Shown: positions 37,753 through 51,460 of the stretch, one piece after another
How the letters are laid out: every line of letters begins with the position of its first letter
How positions within the stretch are numbered: the stretch's first letter is position 1
Program-made: the position numbers and the translations under genes
Assembly: GCF_006345805.1 (NCBI RefSeq)
Contig: NC_043013.1
Coordinates: 41,974,001-42,038,000 of the forward strand
Direction of reading: 5' to 3'
From: Octopus sinensis
Lineage: Eukaryota
Length of the DNA: 64,000 nucleotides
Notes under the pieces: generated by a model
The model's input: only the letters and a program-made list of their open reading frames with translations
What the model was told of the DNA's origin: nothing
Database searches by the model: none

Positions 37753-38872
37753 TGGAGAGAGAGAGATCAAATGTGACTGTGACATTGTATTTTTAACTCC
37801 AGATCTAGAAAATCAAAAATGTTCTTTGAATAAGAAAATATCAAAGATAAAAACGCAGGAAGTGAACAGACAGAAAGTTCCAAATAAAATTCCAGAGTCA
37901 ATATGTAATAAAAAAAAAAACAAACAAAAAAAAAGCATATCACATGTTAAATATAGAATTTTCTATTCTAATTTAAACAATACCACCAGCCACCACTATC
38001 ACCACTACTACTGCTGCCATCATCATCACTACTCAACCACACTCACTACCACCATTACCACCACAACCACTTCCATCACTATCATCATCTTCTTCCCCAC
38101 CTGAACCACCACCACCACCACCATCATCACCTCCATATCAACCACCATCTCTATCACTACCACCACTGCCACCACCATCTTCTCCTCAGCCACCACTGTC
38201 ATCACCACCTGTGCCACCACCAACCGCTTCCAGTACCCAACCAACACTACCATCATCACCATCATCAATAATACCATCAGCAACAGCGACACTAACAGAG
38301 AAGCCAACAAGGGGTCCTGTATATGGTCACTCAGCCTGCTGGAAATAGCAGCCAAACCCTCTGCTCCCTCCCTCCCTCCATCTGCACCCTACTATTTTTA
38401 AGAAGGGAAATAACATAGTGTGGCCATGGAAAACAAAATTCAGGATGGTCATGGTTAGAACACTTTAAGATCTTAAGCTTCCTGAATCAGCAACAACTGC
38501 AACTACACCATACTCTTCTAGATGGTTCATTTGATCTGCTGAAAACAGCAGCTAAAATTCCTTCAAATCAAACTGCACACATGCAACTTTCTTGAAAAAA
38601 AAAAGAAAGGAAGGACATATTTAAGAAGATGCAGTTGTAGACACGCGATGTATGAAAAATAAGACATGGGTGTCGTGGTTGGAATTTCTTTCATGGAAAA
38701 GTCAGGTCAATCTGGCCGTAAACAGCAGCACGAATAAGTTACAAACACTACTGCCTATACTACCACCAACAGCATCAGTCACTAGTACTGTTGTACTAAC
38801 AGCACTGACACCACCAGAATCATCATCATCAACTACTATTATTTACTCCTACTGTTATTGCTGCTGCTGCTG

Positions 38873-38911
<39 letters not shown>

Positions 38912-39660
38912 TTACTACTACTACTACTACTGTAGCTTCTATTACTACTACTACTACTGTAGCTTCTACTATTACTACTTCCTTTACTACTGCTACTACT
39001 ATTACTACTGTTGCTTGTACTACTACTACTACTACTACAGCTACTGTAGCTTCTACTGCTGCTACTACTACTTCTTTTACTACTGCTACTACTATTACTG
39101 TTGTTGCTTCTATTACTACTACTACTACTACTGCTACACTACTACTACTTGCTTTTACCACTACAACTACTACTATAACTACTACCTATTTACTTGCCTA
39201 CCTACCTTGAATACCTGTACTACTACTACTACTACCATAGCTAACACCTTATAAACTACCTCATCATATCTTCACCACCTCCACACACACACACATACAC
39301 TACCACCATCACCTCCCACGCAAACAACTTTACCGCTACCATCATCCCTACGAACAAACAACCTCACCTCTACTGCCAACACCACAAATTTCCAACTTCA
39401 CCAACACTACCAACATTACTACCACCAACACTACCATCACCACCACCACTACCACTAATAACAACACTACAAACCTCTGCACCATCACATATATCACACT
39501 ACTAACTTTACTGCCACCAACACCACCATCACCAACTTTGCCCTCACTATTTGGAGCACCACCACCTCCATCATCAACACCTGCACTGAAACCATTACCC
39601 CACCACCACCACCACCACAACATCATACACTCTCAACATCATCATCACCACCGCCACTAC
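37430..39660. repeat. Simple-repeat block: (TG)n-type 37430-37750, (CAC)n-type 37980-38300 and 39300-39660, (TAC)n 38840-39240
   Basis: Direct reading. Confidence 0.9.
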
Positions 39661-40604
39661 CACCACCAGGAACCAGCTAAGAAGCCTCAACATGGTCACT
39701 CAACTTGCTAGAAATAGCAGCAAGATATCCCTTCCCACCCCCACCACACCCCCAACTACACCTTACCATCCTAGAAAAAAAAGAAAAAGACATACCGAAT
39801 TATGAAGTTTAGGGTACCCTGCACATAGGGTACCCTGAACATAAGGTACCCAGCATAGCTGGAAAGACTTTGATCATATACCAACTGGATCGGGCCTGAT
39901 ACAGCGCCAAAGAACAACTACCACCACTACCACCACATTCTCCACCTTCATCAACCTCATCACCACCACCACCACCACCACCGCTTTCTGAAAACTAGTT
40001 TCTTTCATTTAATAGACAATTGCAGTGAACCACGATTTCTATTAATGATGAAATTTGTGTCTCCACATTCAATTTGTTTTGTACTTAGATAATTATTATA
40101 TTTTTTTTCTCTCCATAAATTCTGTTTTATTGATTCATGTATCTTTCAAGATATGATTTCCATTTCTAGATAAATTGAGAAAAAAAAATAAATAAATAAT
40201 AAAAGATAACAGTAATAATAATAAGAATAATAATGTTAAATATAATGATGATAAAAATAATAAAAATAATAATTAGCCTAGCATTCGATTTTAATTTCTT
40301 AATTTACTTACCTATTCTAAGACATTTGTTATGCTATAAAAAACTAGTGTTGTGTCATGTTATATACACACACACGCACACACACACACATATGCATATG
40401 TGTTTATGCATATATAAATGTGTATGTGTGTTGGAAATATAGTTGCTGACACAGCTGTATTGTTAAGAAGTTTACTTGAGAATCATGTGATTTTTTTTAG
40501 TTCAACCTAATTGAATGGCACCTTGGGCGAGTGTTTTCTACTACAACCCTGGGTCAATTAATGTCTTGTGAGTAAATTTGATAGAAAGGAACTGTGTAGA
40601 AGCT

Positions 40605-40656
<52 letters not shown>

Positions 40657-40669
40657 TTACCAACATCGT

Positions 40670-40955
40670 TGTGATCGTTACCAATGTTGCTTCACTGGCA
40701 CCAGTAAAAAGATTCGAGCGAGGTCATTGCCAGTACCGCCTGACTGGCCCTCGTGTAGGTGGCACATAAAAAGCACCCACTACACTCTCGGAGTGGTTGG
40801 CGTTAGGAAAGGCATCCAGCTGTAGAAACTCTGCCAGATCAAGACTGGAGCCTGGTGCAGCCATCTGGTTGCCAGCCCTCAGTCAAAACCGTCCAATCCA
40901 TGCTAGCATGGAAAACGGACGTTAAATGATGATGATGATGATAATGATGATGATG
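40670..40955 (+). mobile_element. RTE 3' UTR fragment (family C)
   Basis: GGCACATAAAAAGCACCCACTACACTCTCGGAGTGGTTGGCGTTAGG..GGACGTTAAATGATGAT. Confidence 0.88.
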
Positions 40956-40974
40956 ATATATATATATATATATA

Positions 40975-41230
40975 TATATACATAATACAAAATGGGACAA
41001 GAATGCAAAACATCCGGACAGCCAGGCGACACAAAAAGGGGCAACAAAACATCCAGATAGACGATACAAAGAAAGCAAGGACGGGTCATTCGAAGCTCCC
41101 CCTCTTCAGTCAAGCACTAGACTATCTTTGCAATTTCGGCTGATTATTCTTGAGATTGCTCCAATCTGGCCAGCCCCAAGGAAAAACCAGGCCAAGAGCA
41201 TCAGATTCCCTGGAAGAAAGCAGTGAATGC
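40975..41230 (-). repeat. Unclassified repeat (second copy ~46200-46360), probably a Penelope-like terminal fragment
   Basis: AAAACATCCAGATAGACGATACAAAGAAA..GGGTCATTCG shared by both copies; each ends at (TA)n. Confidence 0.6.
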
Positions 41231-42442
41231 ACACAAAAACAAGGACGGAATAAACAGATAATGTTACACAAATGTAAATACAATAAGAATAATAACAGGA
41301 CATAGCAACAGGTGTCTTTTAACTAAGGACGTATTGAATTAAGCTGGCGAGTGTGGAAATGAAGCCTTAGCGGCGTACATATACTTTGTTCTCTTATATA
41401 ATATATATCATATTACTTTAATTTATGCTATGCATTCACTGAACTATAGCCAAACCCATCGACCAGTTGTAACCCAGAAATATTTTCCCTCCACTGTCAG
41501 TATGGCCAATGTCCTACAGGCAACAACAATATACCAAGCAAAACTTAGTATATGTAACAAAGTATCTTATTTAAAACATGACACCTGATGAAATGCAGCC
41601 TGCAAAGGTGGATACAACACAACTAGATGTGCAATATCCCACACGTAAGGGATGGATACAGGATGTGTTGAAACAATCGTGTTGAATAAAAATTCTTGCT
41701 AATTCCATTTCCTTGTTTCCTAATTCATTACAAACTCAGTGAACACTGTGGAATTCCCGTCATAAATCCAGTGATAATTATACCATAACTGTAGGTAACA
41801 TCAGGTAGCCTAAATGGTGTAAGTGCTTTGATCGGCACACTACTAGACATATACCCAAAGTTCAAATAATTACTTTTGTGAGTATGTGTGTATGCATACA
41901 TGCATGTTTGTGTTCTCCCACTGCATTCACAACCAGTGTTGGTTTGTTTACATTCCTATAACTTAGTGTTTTGGCAAATCAGACTGACAGAATAAGTACT
42001 GGGGTCAATTTGTTCAGCTAACCTTACAAGGCAATGCTCCAGCCTGTGTGTGTGTGTGTGTGTGCGTGTGTTCATGTGTATTTTTTTCGTTCTTTCAGTC
42101 AGTGGACTATGTCTATCTAGGAATATCACTTTCCAAAGTTTTAGTTGATCATATTGACATCATTATTTGTTTTAGTCTTGTATTTATTTTATCAATCTAT
42201 ATTTATCAGATTGCTAAGTTGCAAAGTATGAGCAGATACAGAACAACACCAGCTTTCAGACTAGTATAACAAACACCAGCTAGGACAGACGTGTATATGG
42301 ATGTAGATAAGAAATTAGACACAGTTGATGAAAACAAATAAAAGACAGAGTAAATGAGGAAATAACCCTCATCAGCTCTGCCTCTAATGATTTACATGGT
42401 TTCAATATATTAGACAGATCTGCTACCTGTGTAGCATGAACA

Positions 42443-42772
42443 TACATGTTGCACTATCGCTTTGCTTTGTTTTATTTTAATTTTAAAAGACACAGGGTAT
42501 TTTTTCTAAGCTTATTGCTAAATTTTAACCATATATTTGTTCATGTTCTTGTATTTTCTGTGTCCCAATCACTAAGATTTAACTTATATATTTTATCTTT
42601 TGTGACAACAGTTGTCACAAAAGATAAAATATATAAGTTAAATCTTAGTGATTGGGACACAGAAAATACAAGAACATGAACAAATATATGGTTAAAATTT
42701 AGCAATAAGCTTAGAAAAAATACCCTGAGTCTTTTAAAATTAAAATAAAACAAAGCAATAGTGCAACATGTA
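42443..42772. repeat. 330-bp near-perfect palindrome with 1-nt spacer at 42610
   Basis: Arms differ by one substitution and one 5-bp indel; opposite-strand ORFs give the same peptide. Confidence 0.95.
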
Positions 42773-43160
42773 CAATACTAAAAGGCAAAAGCAAATAAAT
42801 GATTTGGTGTTCAGATATATGCCTTTGTGCAAGGAATGGTGAGAAAAAAACTGGTGTGTAAACCAAGCAAACTGAAATGAGAAAAAACGATAACAGACCA
42901 GAGCAGAAACAAGTGCCATAGAGAGAAAAGAAAGCAGGTAGAGTAGATAAAGAAAGGAAGGCAGTGGAGTTGAGAGAAGGGGGGAAGAAAGAAAAGCAAG
43001 AAAGAGAGAGAAAGGTCACAATAATCTAAAGAAAGTAGTTGTATGTTTTATGCACGCAAATAAGACTGCATGTGTCAGTATCTTAAATAAATGAAATTAT
43101 GCACAAAAAATAAGAAAACATAAGAAACTGAACAAAGAAAAAAGACCTCTCTTTCACATA

Positions 43161-43533
43161 TCTATATATATAAAAGTGAAGTTGTGTGAGTGTCTGTCTC
43201 CTATGATTTAGATTCCTAACTACTCCCACATTTTGCGGTTTAACCAAAACCGGGTATCTTATATTTGTGATTCATATCGAGCCCTTCTGGGTATTAGCGC
43301 GCGTCTACGATTTAAAAAAAAATTTACCATCATTTTTTTCCATTTTAATGCATTTTTTCGCTATTATATAAGGGAAGTAACTCTCTAAAAATGTCTACGA
43401 TGAGTCAACGATTTAAAAAATAATTTACCATCATTTTTTCCCATTTTTAATGCATTTTTTGCTATAACTCTCTAAAAATGCTTATATAGTTATTTCCCTT
43501 ACAAACCCGAGCAACGCCGGGCGATACTGCTAG
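43161..43533 (+). mobile_element. Non-autonomous Helitron
   Basis: A|TC 5' end, subterminal hairpin CCCGAGCAACGCCGGG (43506-43521), CTAG|T 3' end; internal ~85-bp duplication. Confidence 0.88.
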
Positions 43534-44304
43534 TATATATATCTGTGTGTGTGATAAGTATGTGTATGTATATGTGTGTTATACACACATACACATCTCT
43601 CTTTTACATCATTTTGTCAACTGTCCCTTCATTATTCCCCTATCTACCATATTTTGCTGCTGACTATCTGCCCCACTTTCTGTACTGCCAGTCATCACAT
43701 CCTCTCCCTTGAGCCATTTCTTCTGATATCCATCCCTTATTCTTCTTACTGTTTCCCCACTCCAGCTACTCACCCCCAATCTTATCCGCTACATTCATTC
43801 TTACCCCTGTTTCTACCCATCTTTCCATCTTTTCCCCAAGTCTTGTAACCTTAAATGTTCCTGATATTCTGTCCCCGTGCTCCCTTCAATTTACCTTCCT
43901 GCACCATGAGAGTACACTCTAGCATCTTATCACCACCATTTTTTTGGCTCCACTTCATTGACTCTCATCAACCCATGTAGAATATCGAGCAGCCCTTAAT
44001 CTCATCCATAATATCAAACCTGTTCGTGACCCTTCTATCATGCTTTAACTCTTCAGCGCCACCCATAAAAATCCACCTCCCTTTCTAATATTCTCAATTT
44101 CTGTAGGTTACAGGGTGACCTCACAGGGGCTGAAGTCACATATTGGTTGGCATTAGGAAGATCATCCAGTCATAGAAACTATGCTAAAACTGAGACACTG
44201 GAACAAAATGGAATCACCTCTTAGCCACTATTATTCCCAGGTCTATGTGGATTAATTAAGTATATTAGGGCTTGCCTAACAAAAACAAAAAAAAGGTAAA
44301 ATTA

Positions 44305-44542
44305 CCTTCATGAGTCACAATGACTCATAAGGGCTGGTTTCCTAGTTTCCTTTGTGTAGATATTCTCCACCTGGATAAGACATCAGTCCATCGCAGGGTT
44401 ACTCAATTTTGCCAGCTGAATGGACTGGAGCAACATGAAATGAAGTGTTTTGCTCAAGAACATGTGTCACCTGGTCCAGGAATCGAAACCACAATCTTAC
44501 TATCATGAGTTTAGCACCCTAACCACTCAGCCATGCACCTCC
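44305..44542 (-). mobile_element. tRNA/CORE-type SINE family F (plus-strand copy ~55808-56015)
   Basis: GGTTTCGATTCC B-box and GTTCTTGAGCAA..TTGCTCCAGTCCA.TCA.CTGGCAAAA core in both copies. Confidence 0.75.
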
Positions 44543-45540
44543 ACTATTGCCTACCTATGCACTTGCAGACTGGATATGGCAGACTATGCAGAAGAAACCT
44601 CCAAGGTTCAATAGAGTGAAAGGCAGCCACAGCGAGGCATTGTGGAGTACAGAAAGCATGATGTGGTGAGTAAGGCATCTTGGTCATCCACTGCGTTTGT
44701 CACTGACCGCGGTCATCTTGACCTAGTCTTACCACTGGATTGAAGATAGTCACAAGTGGGAGAGTGTGATTGACACAACTCTTCTTCATTTGAAACAAAG
44801 TCAATGTGCCAGTCATCAGACATTTTTAGGGATGCTGTGAGATGGTCCTCGTCACTCTGACAGACAAACGTGGGATCTTGTCAGCCCATCCACCCCTTGC
44901 CAGCATGGAAAGTGGATATAAAATGATGTTGATGACGCTGATGATGATGATGATGATGAGGATATTCACACACACATGTCTACATGTCCATAAGCATCAG
45001 TTAATACTTTTGATGTCAGTCACTATTTTACAACTAATTTTACTTTGCTCGTAAGTTGACACTACACATGGAAAAGATTTTTTACGTATTTTCTTATCAA
45101 ATTTCGGTAGGCCTTCTGTATTTATTGCCCAAGTTACATTGTTCTGCATCGTATTTCGTATGCTGGCCTTGGATAGGCCGCATTTTTTTTTTTATTACTG
45201 TGTGGGTATAAAATATATGCTGTGCTGACAAATGTATATACACTCACACATATCTGCATTTAGAAGTGTAATATATATTTATGTATATCGTGTGTGTGTG
45301 TGGATATATATGTGAATATATTCATATAGACATGTATATACACACACACACACACACACACATACATAAGATAAAAAACATAAGTCATGCAAAATAAACT
45401 AGTAGTTTAATAAACTAGTAGTCGCCAGGTGGTGCTATTAAGTTAGACATGGCCTGGGCCAATACTGGCCAAAACCTTTCTAAGTTATTCTAAGTTATAT
45501 TATCTTTACTTTCTTGGCTGATCAAGTGTTATTCTATTAC

Positions 45541-45577
<37 letters not shown>

Positions 45578-46172
45578 ATGCAGACACACACATGCAAATA
45601 TAAAGAGATAAAGATTTGATTTTGTCTTGAAACAGCATGGTTTCCCAACAAATGATCTTCGAAATTCATACGCAGTTCCAAAGTTTATTCCCACTGCCTG
45701 CCCCTGGGGTAAAGCTCTCAGAAATGAAGATTGTGTGAAAAACCGAAACTTTATAAGTTTCTGATGTCAAACTCTTGATCTTTCTTTTTCCTTCCGTTTC
45801 TCTTTAGTCTTTCTCATTCTTTCTTTATTCGGCTTCCCCTTTCTCTCTCTCTCTCCCTCACTCATGCATACAAACACACACACAAGCTTTCTCACTTGTT
45901 TTTCTTAGATGACAGTGTACATGCAGTTTATTTTGGAACTCTGTAATTAAAATTGAAATTCCTCATTTTAAAAACCATGTTTCCAAGTTATTAAAATTCT
46001 TCACTTAAGAGTCATATCTTCAAAAATTAGTACATGGTTTCAAATACTGTTGAAGGCTGAAAATATTTCATTCTTTAAATTTGTGTATATGTATAAAGTA
46101 TTTAGGTTCTATGATCTATAAATTGAACTGCTAATTTTTAAGTCTTGTTTGTTTGTGTGTGTGTGTATGTAT

Positions 46173-46208
<36 letters not shown>

Positions 46209-46372
46209 TTATAAATACAAAATGGGACAAGAACACAAAACATCCGGACACAAAAATGGGACAACAAAACATCCAGATAGACGATACAAAGAAAACAAGG
46301 GCGGGTCATTCGGGGTTTTCTTTCCTCAGTCGAGTACCAGATTATCTTTGCAATTTCGGCTAGACATATATA

Positions 46373-46735
46373 TATGGTTGTGCATTCAGTTCCACTCTGC
46401 ATGGCACCTTGGGCAAGCATCTACTTATAGCCTCGGGCCAACCAAAGTCTTGTGAGTGGATTTGGTTGACAGAAACTGAAAGAACTCCGTCATATACGTA
46501 TATATATGTATGTATATATCTATGTCTTTGTGTCTGTATTTATCTCCTACCATTGCTTGACAACCAGTGTTGGTTTGTTTACATTCCAATAACTTAGCAG
46601 TGCAGTAAAAGGGATCGATAGAATAAGTGCTAGGCTTTAAAAAAATATGTCCTGAAGTTGATTTGTTTGACTAAAGCCCTTCAAGGTGCTGCCGCAGCAT
46701 GGGCACAGTCAAACGACTGAATCAAATAAAAGTCA
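46373..46735 (+). mobile_element. SINE family A
   Basis: CORE-like segment and tail present. Confidence 0.75.
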
Positions 46736-46880
46736 GAGAGAGGTGTGCGTGCGTATAAACCTGTGTAGTAGATATACAAACTTGTCGAATTTACCAATTT
46801 TACCAGAAACTAAAAGCATGAAAAACTACTTTAATCAATTTTCATTCCTTATTGGGGTCTCATCAGTGATGAGTGGAGAG

Positions 46881-46917
<37 letters not shown>

Positions 46918-48259
46918 ACACACATTGTGTCCATTAAAAGATTGTAACTAAACAACACTTTTCAATGAATACCTGGGTTAGGCAGAGTTTGTTAAAGCAA
47001 ATTTATTTTCTATGGTCAGATGTGCCCTTCCTGTCACCAATCCTCACCTGTTTTGAAACCAGGTAATATTTCTCTATGGCCAGGCATATTTTTCATTGAA
47101 GATTGGAAACAAACATCATCTTGTATGACAGTGATGCTCATTTATGACCCTCACAAGGTGTCTAGACAAGAGTTTGCACACACACACACACACACAAGCA
47201 TCATTAATATGTATATGTTGTTAAACACATGTAGCTGTAGTATTTTTGTGTCCGGGAAAAGTTCTTCCAAAAATGTGTAGTGTCAAAAACCGCAGTATAC
47301 TTTAAAGTTAGACAAAATGAAAATGCCCCAGACATATGTATACATATTACACAACAGGCTTCTTCCAGTTTCCATCTGCCAAATTCACTAACAAAGAAGG
47401 CTTTGGTCTGCATGGAGCTATAGTAGAAGACAGTTGTCCAAGGTGCCACACATTGAGGTTGAACCTCACACCACATGATTGGGAAGCAAACTTCTTAACC
47501 ACACAGCTAATCTACATTTTTTTTTCTTTTCCTGTTACATATAAATATGTTCCAATTTTGAATCTTATCAGGATCAATATTGCTTCACTCTTTATTTTAA
47601 AGGTTGATAAATTAAATAGCAATTAAGTGCTGCTGTATCGGAGACAACTAAATTGATTGATCCAAGCATGACTGTCTGGCTGAGGAACTCACTTCATATC
47701 TATGTGATTTCAGGTTCAACTCCACTGCATTTCACTTTGGGTAGTCATTTTCTTTCATAGTCATGCAAGTAGAATCTGATCGACAGGCATTGTGTAGAAG
47801 TGTGGTTGAAGGACCATTCATTATTGTAATTAATCACCCATGGCTTTTGGTTACCCGTTTGGCCTTTAGTTACCCTTTGCAGACTAAACTCTTTTAACAA
47901 ACATTCAAACCAGGCCCTTGCTGTTTATCTCCTTTCACCCATTGATCTTGAGGACCTTCCCTCAAATCTGCTGGCTGCTGGCCTTGTGCATAAATTTGAA
48001 ATTATTTGAAATTATTTGGATTGACTGAATCATTAATTAAGTGTGCATTCGGTCTTTTTACAATCTGAGTTCAAGTCCTGCTGAAAACAACATATTTTTT
48101 CATCCTTCCAAGGTCAATACCATAAAATACCAGTCTACTACTTGGGTCAATTTAATTGACCCCAAATTGCTGGCCTTATCCCTAAATTAGAAATTATAAT
48201 TATCTGTGAAGTTGACGAACTCATGATATTTTGTGTGTCCCCACCTCCACACACACGTG

Positions 48260-48290
<31 letters not shown>

Positions 48291-48699
48291 CCTGACAAAT
48301 GAATTCTTTTTATGCTTCCTTCCCCATTCTCTCCACATCACATGACCTCACCCTAATTGCAGTTAATTGGGGGTGGGGGAGAAAGGGGATTGTATTATAA
48401 GGATTGGGCAGGGCGGGGTGCAAAAACATTTTAATTTGTGGAACAATAGGGGGGAAAAAAAAAGAGGCCATTGCAAATGAGAGGAGATTACCAAGAGTCT
48501 CGAGAATGAGCGAACGGAATGAACTGGAGAACCGGATTCAGAAACAGAGGTGTACTAGTCGTTATGTATAACAGCCATGACTATTACTACTACTACCACC
48601 ACCACCACTACCACCACCACTACTACTATTATTATTACGAGATTAATTTCCAGAGTTCATTTGAAAGTAGTTTACTTAGTGCAAGCTTTTTCTTTTGTG

Positions 48700-49212
48700 T
48701 GTGTGTATACATACATATATATATATAATATATATGTATATACATATACATATATATATATATATATGAATATATATATATGAATATGTATATGTCTATG
48801 TGTATGTATATGTGTATGTATATATATATGTATATGTATGTATATATATGTATATGTATGTATATATATGTATATGTATATATATGTGTATGTATGTATA
48901 TATATGTATATGTATATATATGTATATGTATATTATATATGTATGTATATATATATATATGTATATATATATGTATATGTATATATATATATGTATATGT
49001 ATATATGTATATGTATATATATGTATATGTATATATGTTATATGTATATATATGTATATGTATATATATATATGTATATATATGTGTATATATATGTATA
49101 TATATATATGTTATATATATGTATATATATATGTGTATATATATATGTATATATAATATGTGTATATATATGTATATATATATATGTGTATATATATGTA
49201 TATATATATATG

Positions 49213-49244
<32 letters not shown>

Positions 49245-49250
49245 TATAGC
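48700..49250. repeat. (TA)n/(TATG)n/(ATATGT)n compound microsatellite
   Basis: Direct reading. Confidence 0.95.
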
Positions 49251-49564
49251 TTGTGTGTATGTATGTGTAGGTTTTTTTTTCTGTGTACAAATGTTTTTGT
49301 TTTTCAGACTTGGCCATGTGTGTGTGTGTGTGTATGCACATGTGGGCAAGACTTCTGCCCATCCCCCTCAAAATACCCCCTGGGCGGGGACGGGCGGAAG
49401 TCTTGCCTCGCCATTGTGAATGCGTTGACTGTGACGCTAAAAGTGAAAGTTTGGGAGTGATGTGGTGATGGGTGGGCGAAATGGGGAAAAAGGTTTATGG
49501 AAATTTTGCTTTCTAATTTTCGGTTTTAAAATGCAGACAGCTTGATTCTGTCATTTTTAGCAGT

Positions 49565-51460
49565 GGAAAGTACCTGTGCAAGTAATATATGGAATGCACC
49601 TGTGCCAAGTAACACGTGAAAAGTACCTGTGCAAGTAATATATGGAATGCACCTGTGCCAAGTAACATGTGGAAAGTACCTGTGCCACGTAACACGTGGA
49701 ATGCACCTGTGCCAAGTAACATGTGGAAAGTACCTGTGCCAAGTAACGTGTGGAAAGTACCTGTGCCAAGTAACGTGTAAAATGCACCTGTGCCAAGTAA
49801 CGTGTAAAATGCACCTGTGCCAAGTAACACGTGAATGCACCTGTGCCAAGTAACACGTAGAATGCACCTGTGCCAAGTACACACGTAGAATGCACCTGTG
49901 CCAAGTAACACGTGTAAAATGCACCTGTGCCAAGTAACACATGGAATGCACCTGTGCCAAGTAACACATGGAATGCACCTGTGCCAAGTAACATGTGGAA
50001 AGTACCTGTGCCAAGTAACGTGTAAAATGCACCTGTGCCAAGTAACACTGGAATGCACCTGTGCCAAGTAACACATGGAATGCACCTGTGCCATGTAACA
50101 CATGGAATGCACCTGTGCCAAGTAACATGTGGAATGCACCTGTGCCAAGTAACACGTAGAATGCACCTGTGCCAAGTAACACGTAGAATGCACCTGTGCC
50201 AAGTAACACGTAGAATGCACCTGTGCCAAGTAACACATAGAATGCACCTGTGCCAAGTAACACGTGGAATGCACCTGTGCCAAGTAACACGTGTAGAATG
50301 CACCTGTGCCAAGTAACACGTGGAATGCACCTGTGCCAAGTAACACATAGAATGCACCTGTGCCAAGTAACACGTAGAATGCACCTGTGCCAAGTAACAT
50401 AGAATGCACCTGTGCCAAGTAACACGTAGAATGCACCTGTGCCAAGTAACACATAGAATGCACCTTGCCAAGTAACACGTAGAATGCACCTGTGCCAAGT
50501 AACACATAGAATGCACCTGTGCCAAGTAACACGTAGAATGCACCTTGCCAAGTAACACATAGAATGCACCTGTGCCAAGTACACGTAGAATGCACCTGTG
50601 CCAAGTAACACATAGAATGCACCGTGCCAAGTAACACGTGTAAAATGCACCTGTGCCAAGTAACACGTAAAATGCACCTGTGCCAAGTAACATGTGGAAT
50701 GCACCTGTGCCAAGTAACACGTAGAATGCACCTGTGCCAAGTAACACGTAGAATGCACCTGTGCCAAGTAACACGTAGAATGTACCTGTGCCAAGTAACA
50801 CATAGAATGCACCTGTGCCAAGTAACACGTGGAATGCACCTGTGCCAAGTAACACGTAGAATGTACCTGTGCCAAGTAACACATAGAATGCACCTGTGCC
50901 AAGTAACACGTAGAATGTACCTGTGCCAAGTAACACGTAGAATGCACCTATGCCAAGTAACATGTGGAATGCACCTGTGCCAAGTAACGTGTAAAATGCA
51001 CCTGTGCCAAGTAACACATGGAATGCACCTGTGCCATGTAACATATGGAATGCACCTGTGCCAAGTAACATGTGGAATGCACCTGTGCCAAGTAACACGT
51101 AGAATGCACCTGTGCCAAGTAACATGTGGAATGCACCTATGCCAAGTAACATGTGGAATGCACCTGTGCCAAGTAACGTGTAAAATGCACCTGTGCCAAG
51201 TAACACGTGTAAAATGCACCTGTGCCAAGTAACACATGGAATGCACCTGTGCCATGTAACATATGGAATGCACCTGTGCCAAGTAACACGTGGAATGCAA
51301 TGTGTGCCAAGTAACACGTGGAATGCACCTGTGCCAAGTAACACGTGGAATGCACCTGTACCAAGTGACATGTGGAATGCACCTGTGCCAAGTAACACGT
51401 GGAATGCACCTGTGCCAAGTGACATGTGGAATGCACCTGTATCAAGTGACTCATGGAAAG
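49565..51460 (+). repeat. 27-bp minisatellite of roughly 70 units, consensus GAATGCACCTGTGCCAAGTAACACGTA
   Basis: Head-to-tail units without spacers; 9-aa periodicity in the ORFs; variant units at both edges. Confidence 0.97.

Noticed and set aside
41085-41125. Hammerhead-like CUGAAGA..CGAA on the minus strand (also ~46290-46335)
   Set aside because: The core is followed by GAAUGACC and I could not find a pairing stem I, so it is not called as a ribozyme.
48463-48549. Protein-like stretch EAIANERRLPRVSRMSERNELENRIQKQR
   Set aside because: There is no pyrimidine tract upstream and only a weak donor.
49565-51460. CRISPR-like array
   Set aside because: Units are head-to-tail with no unique spacers, there are no cas genes, and the context is eukaryotic.
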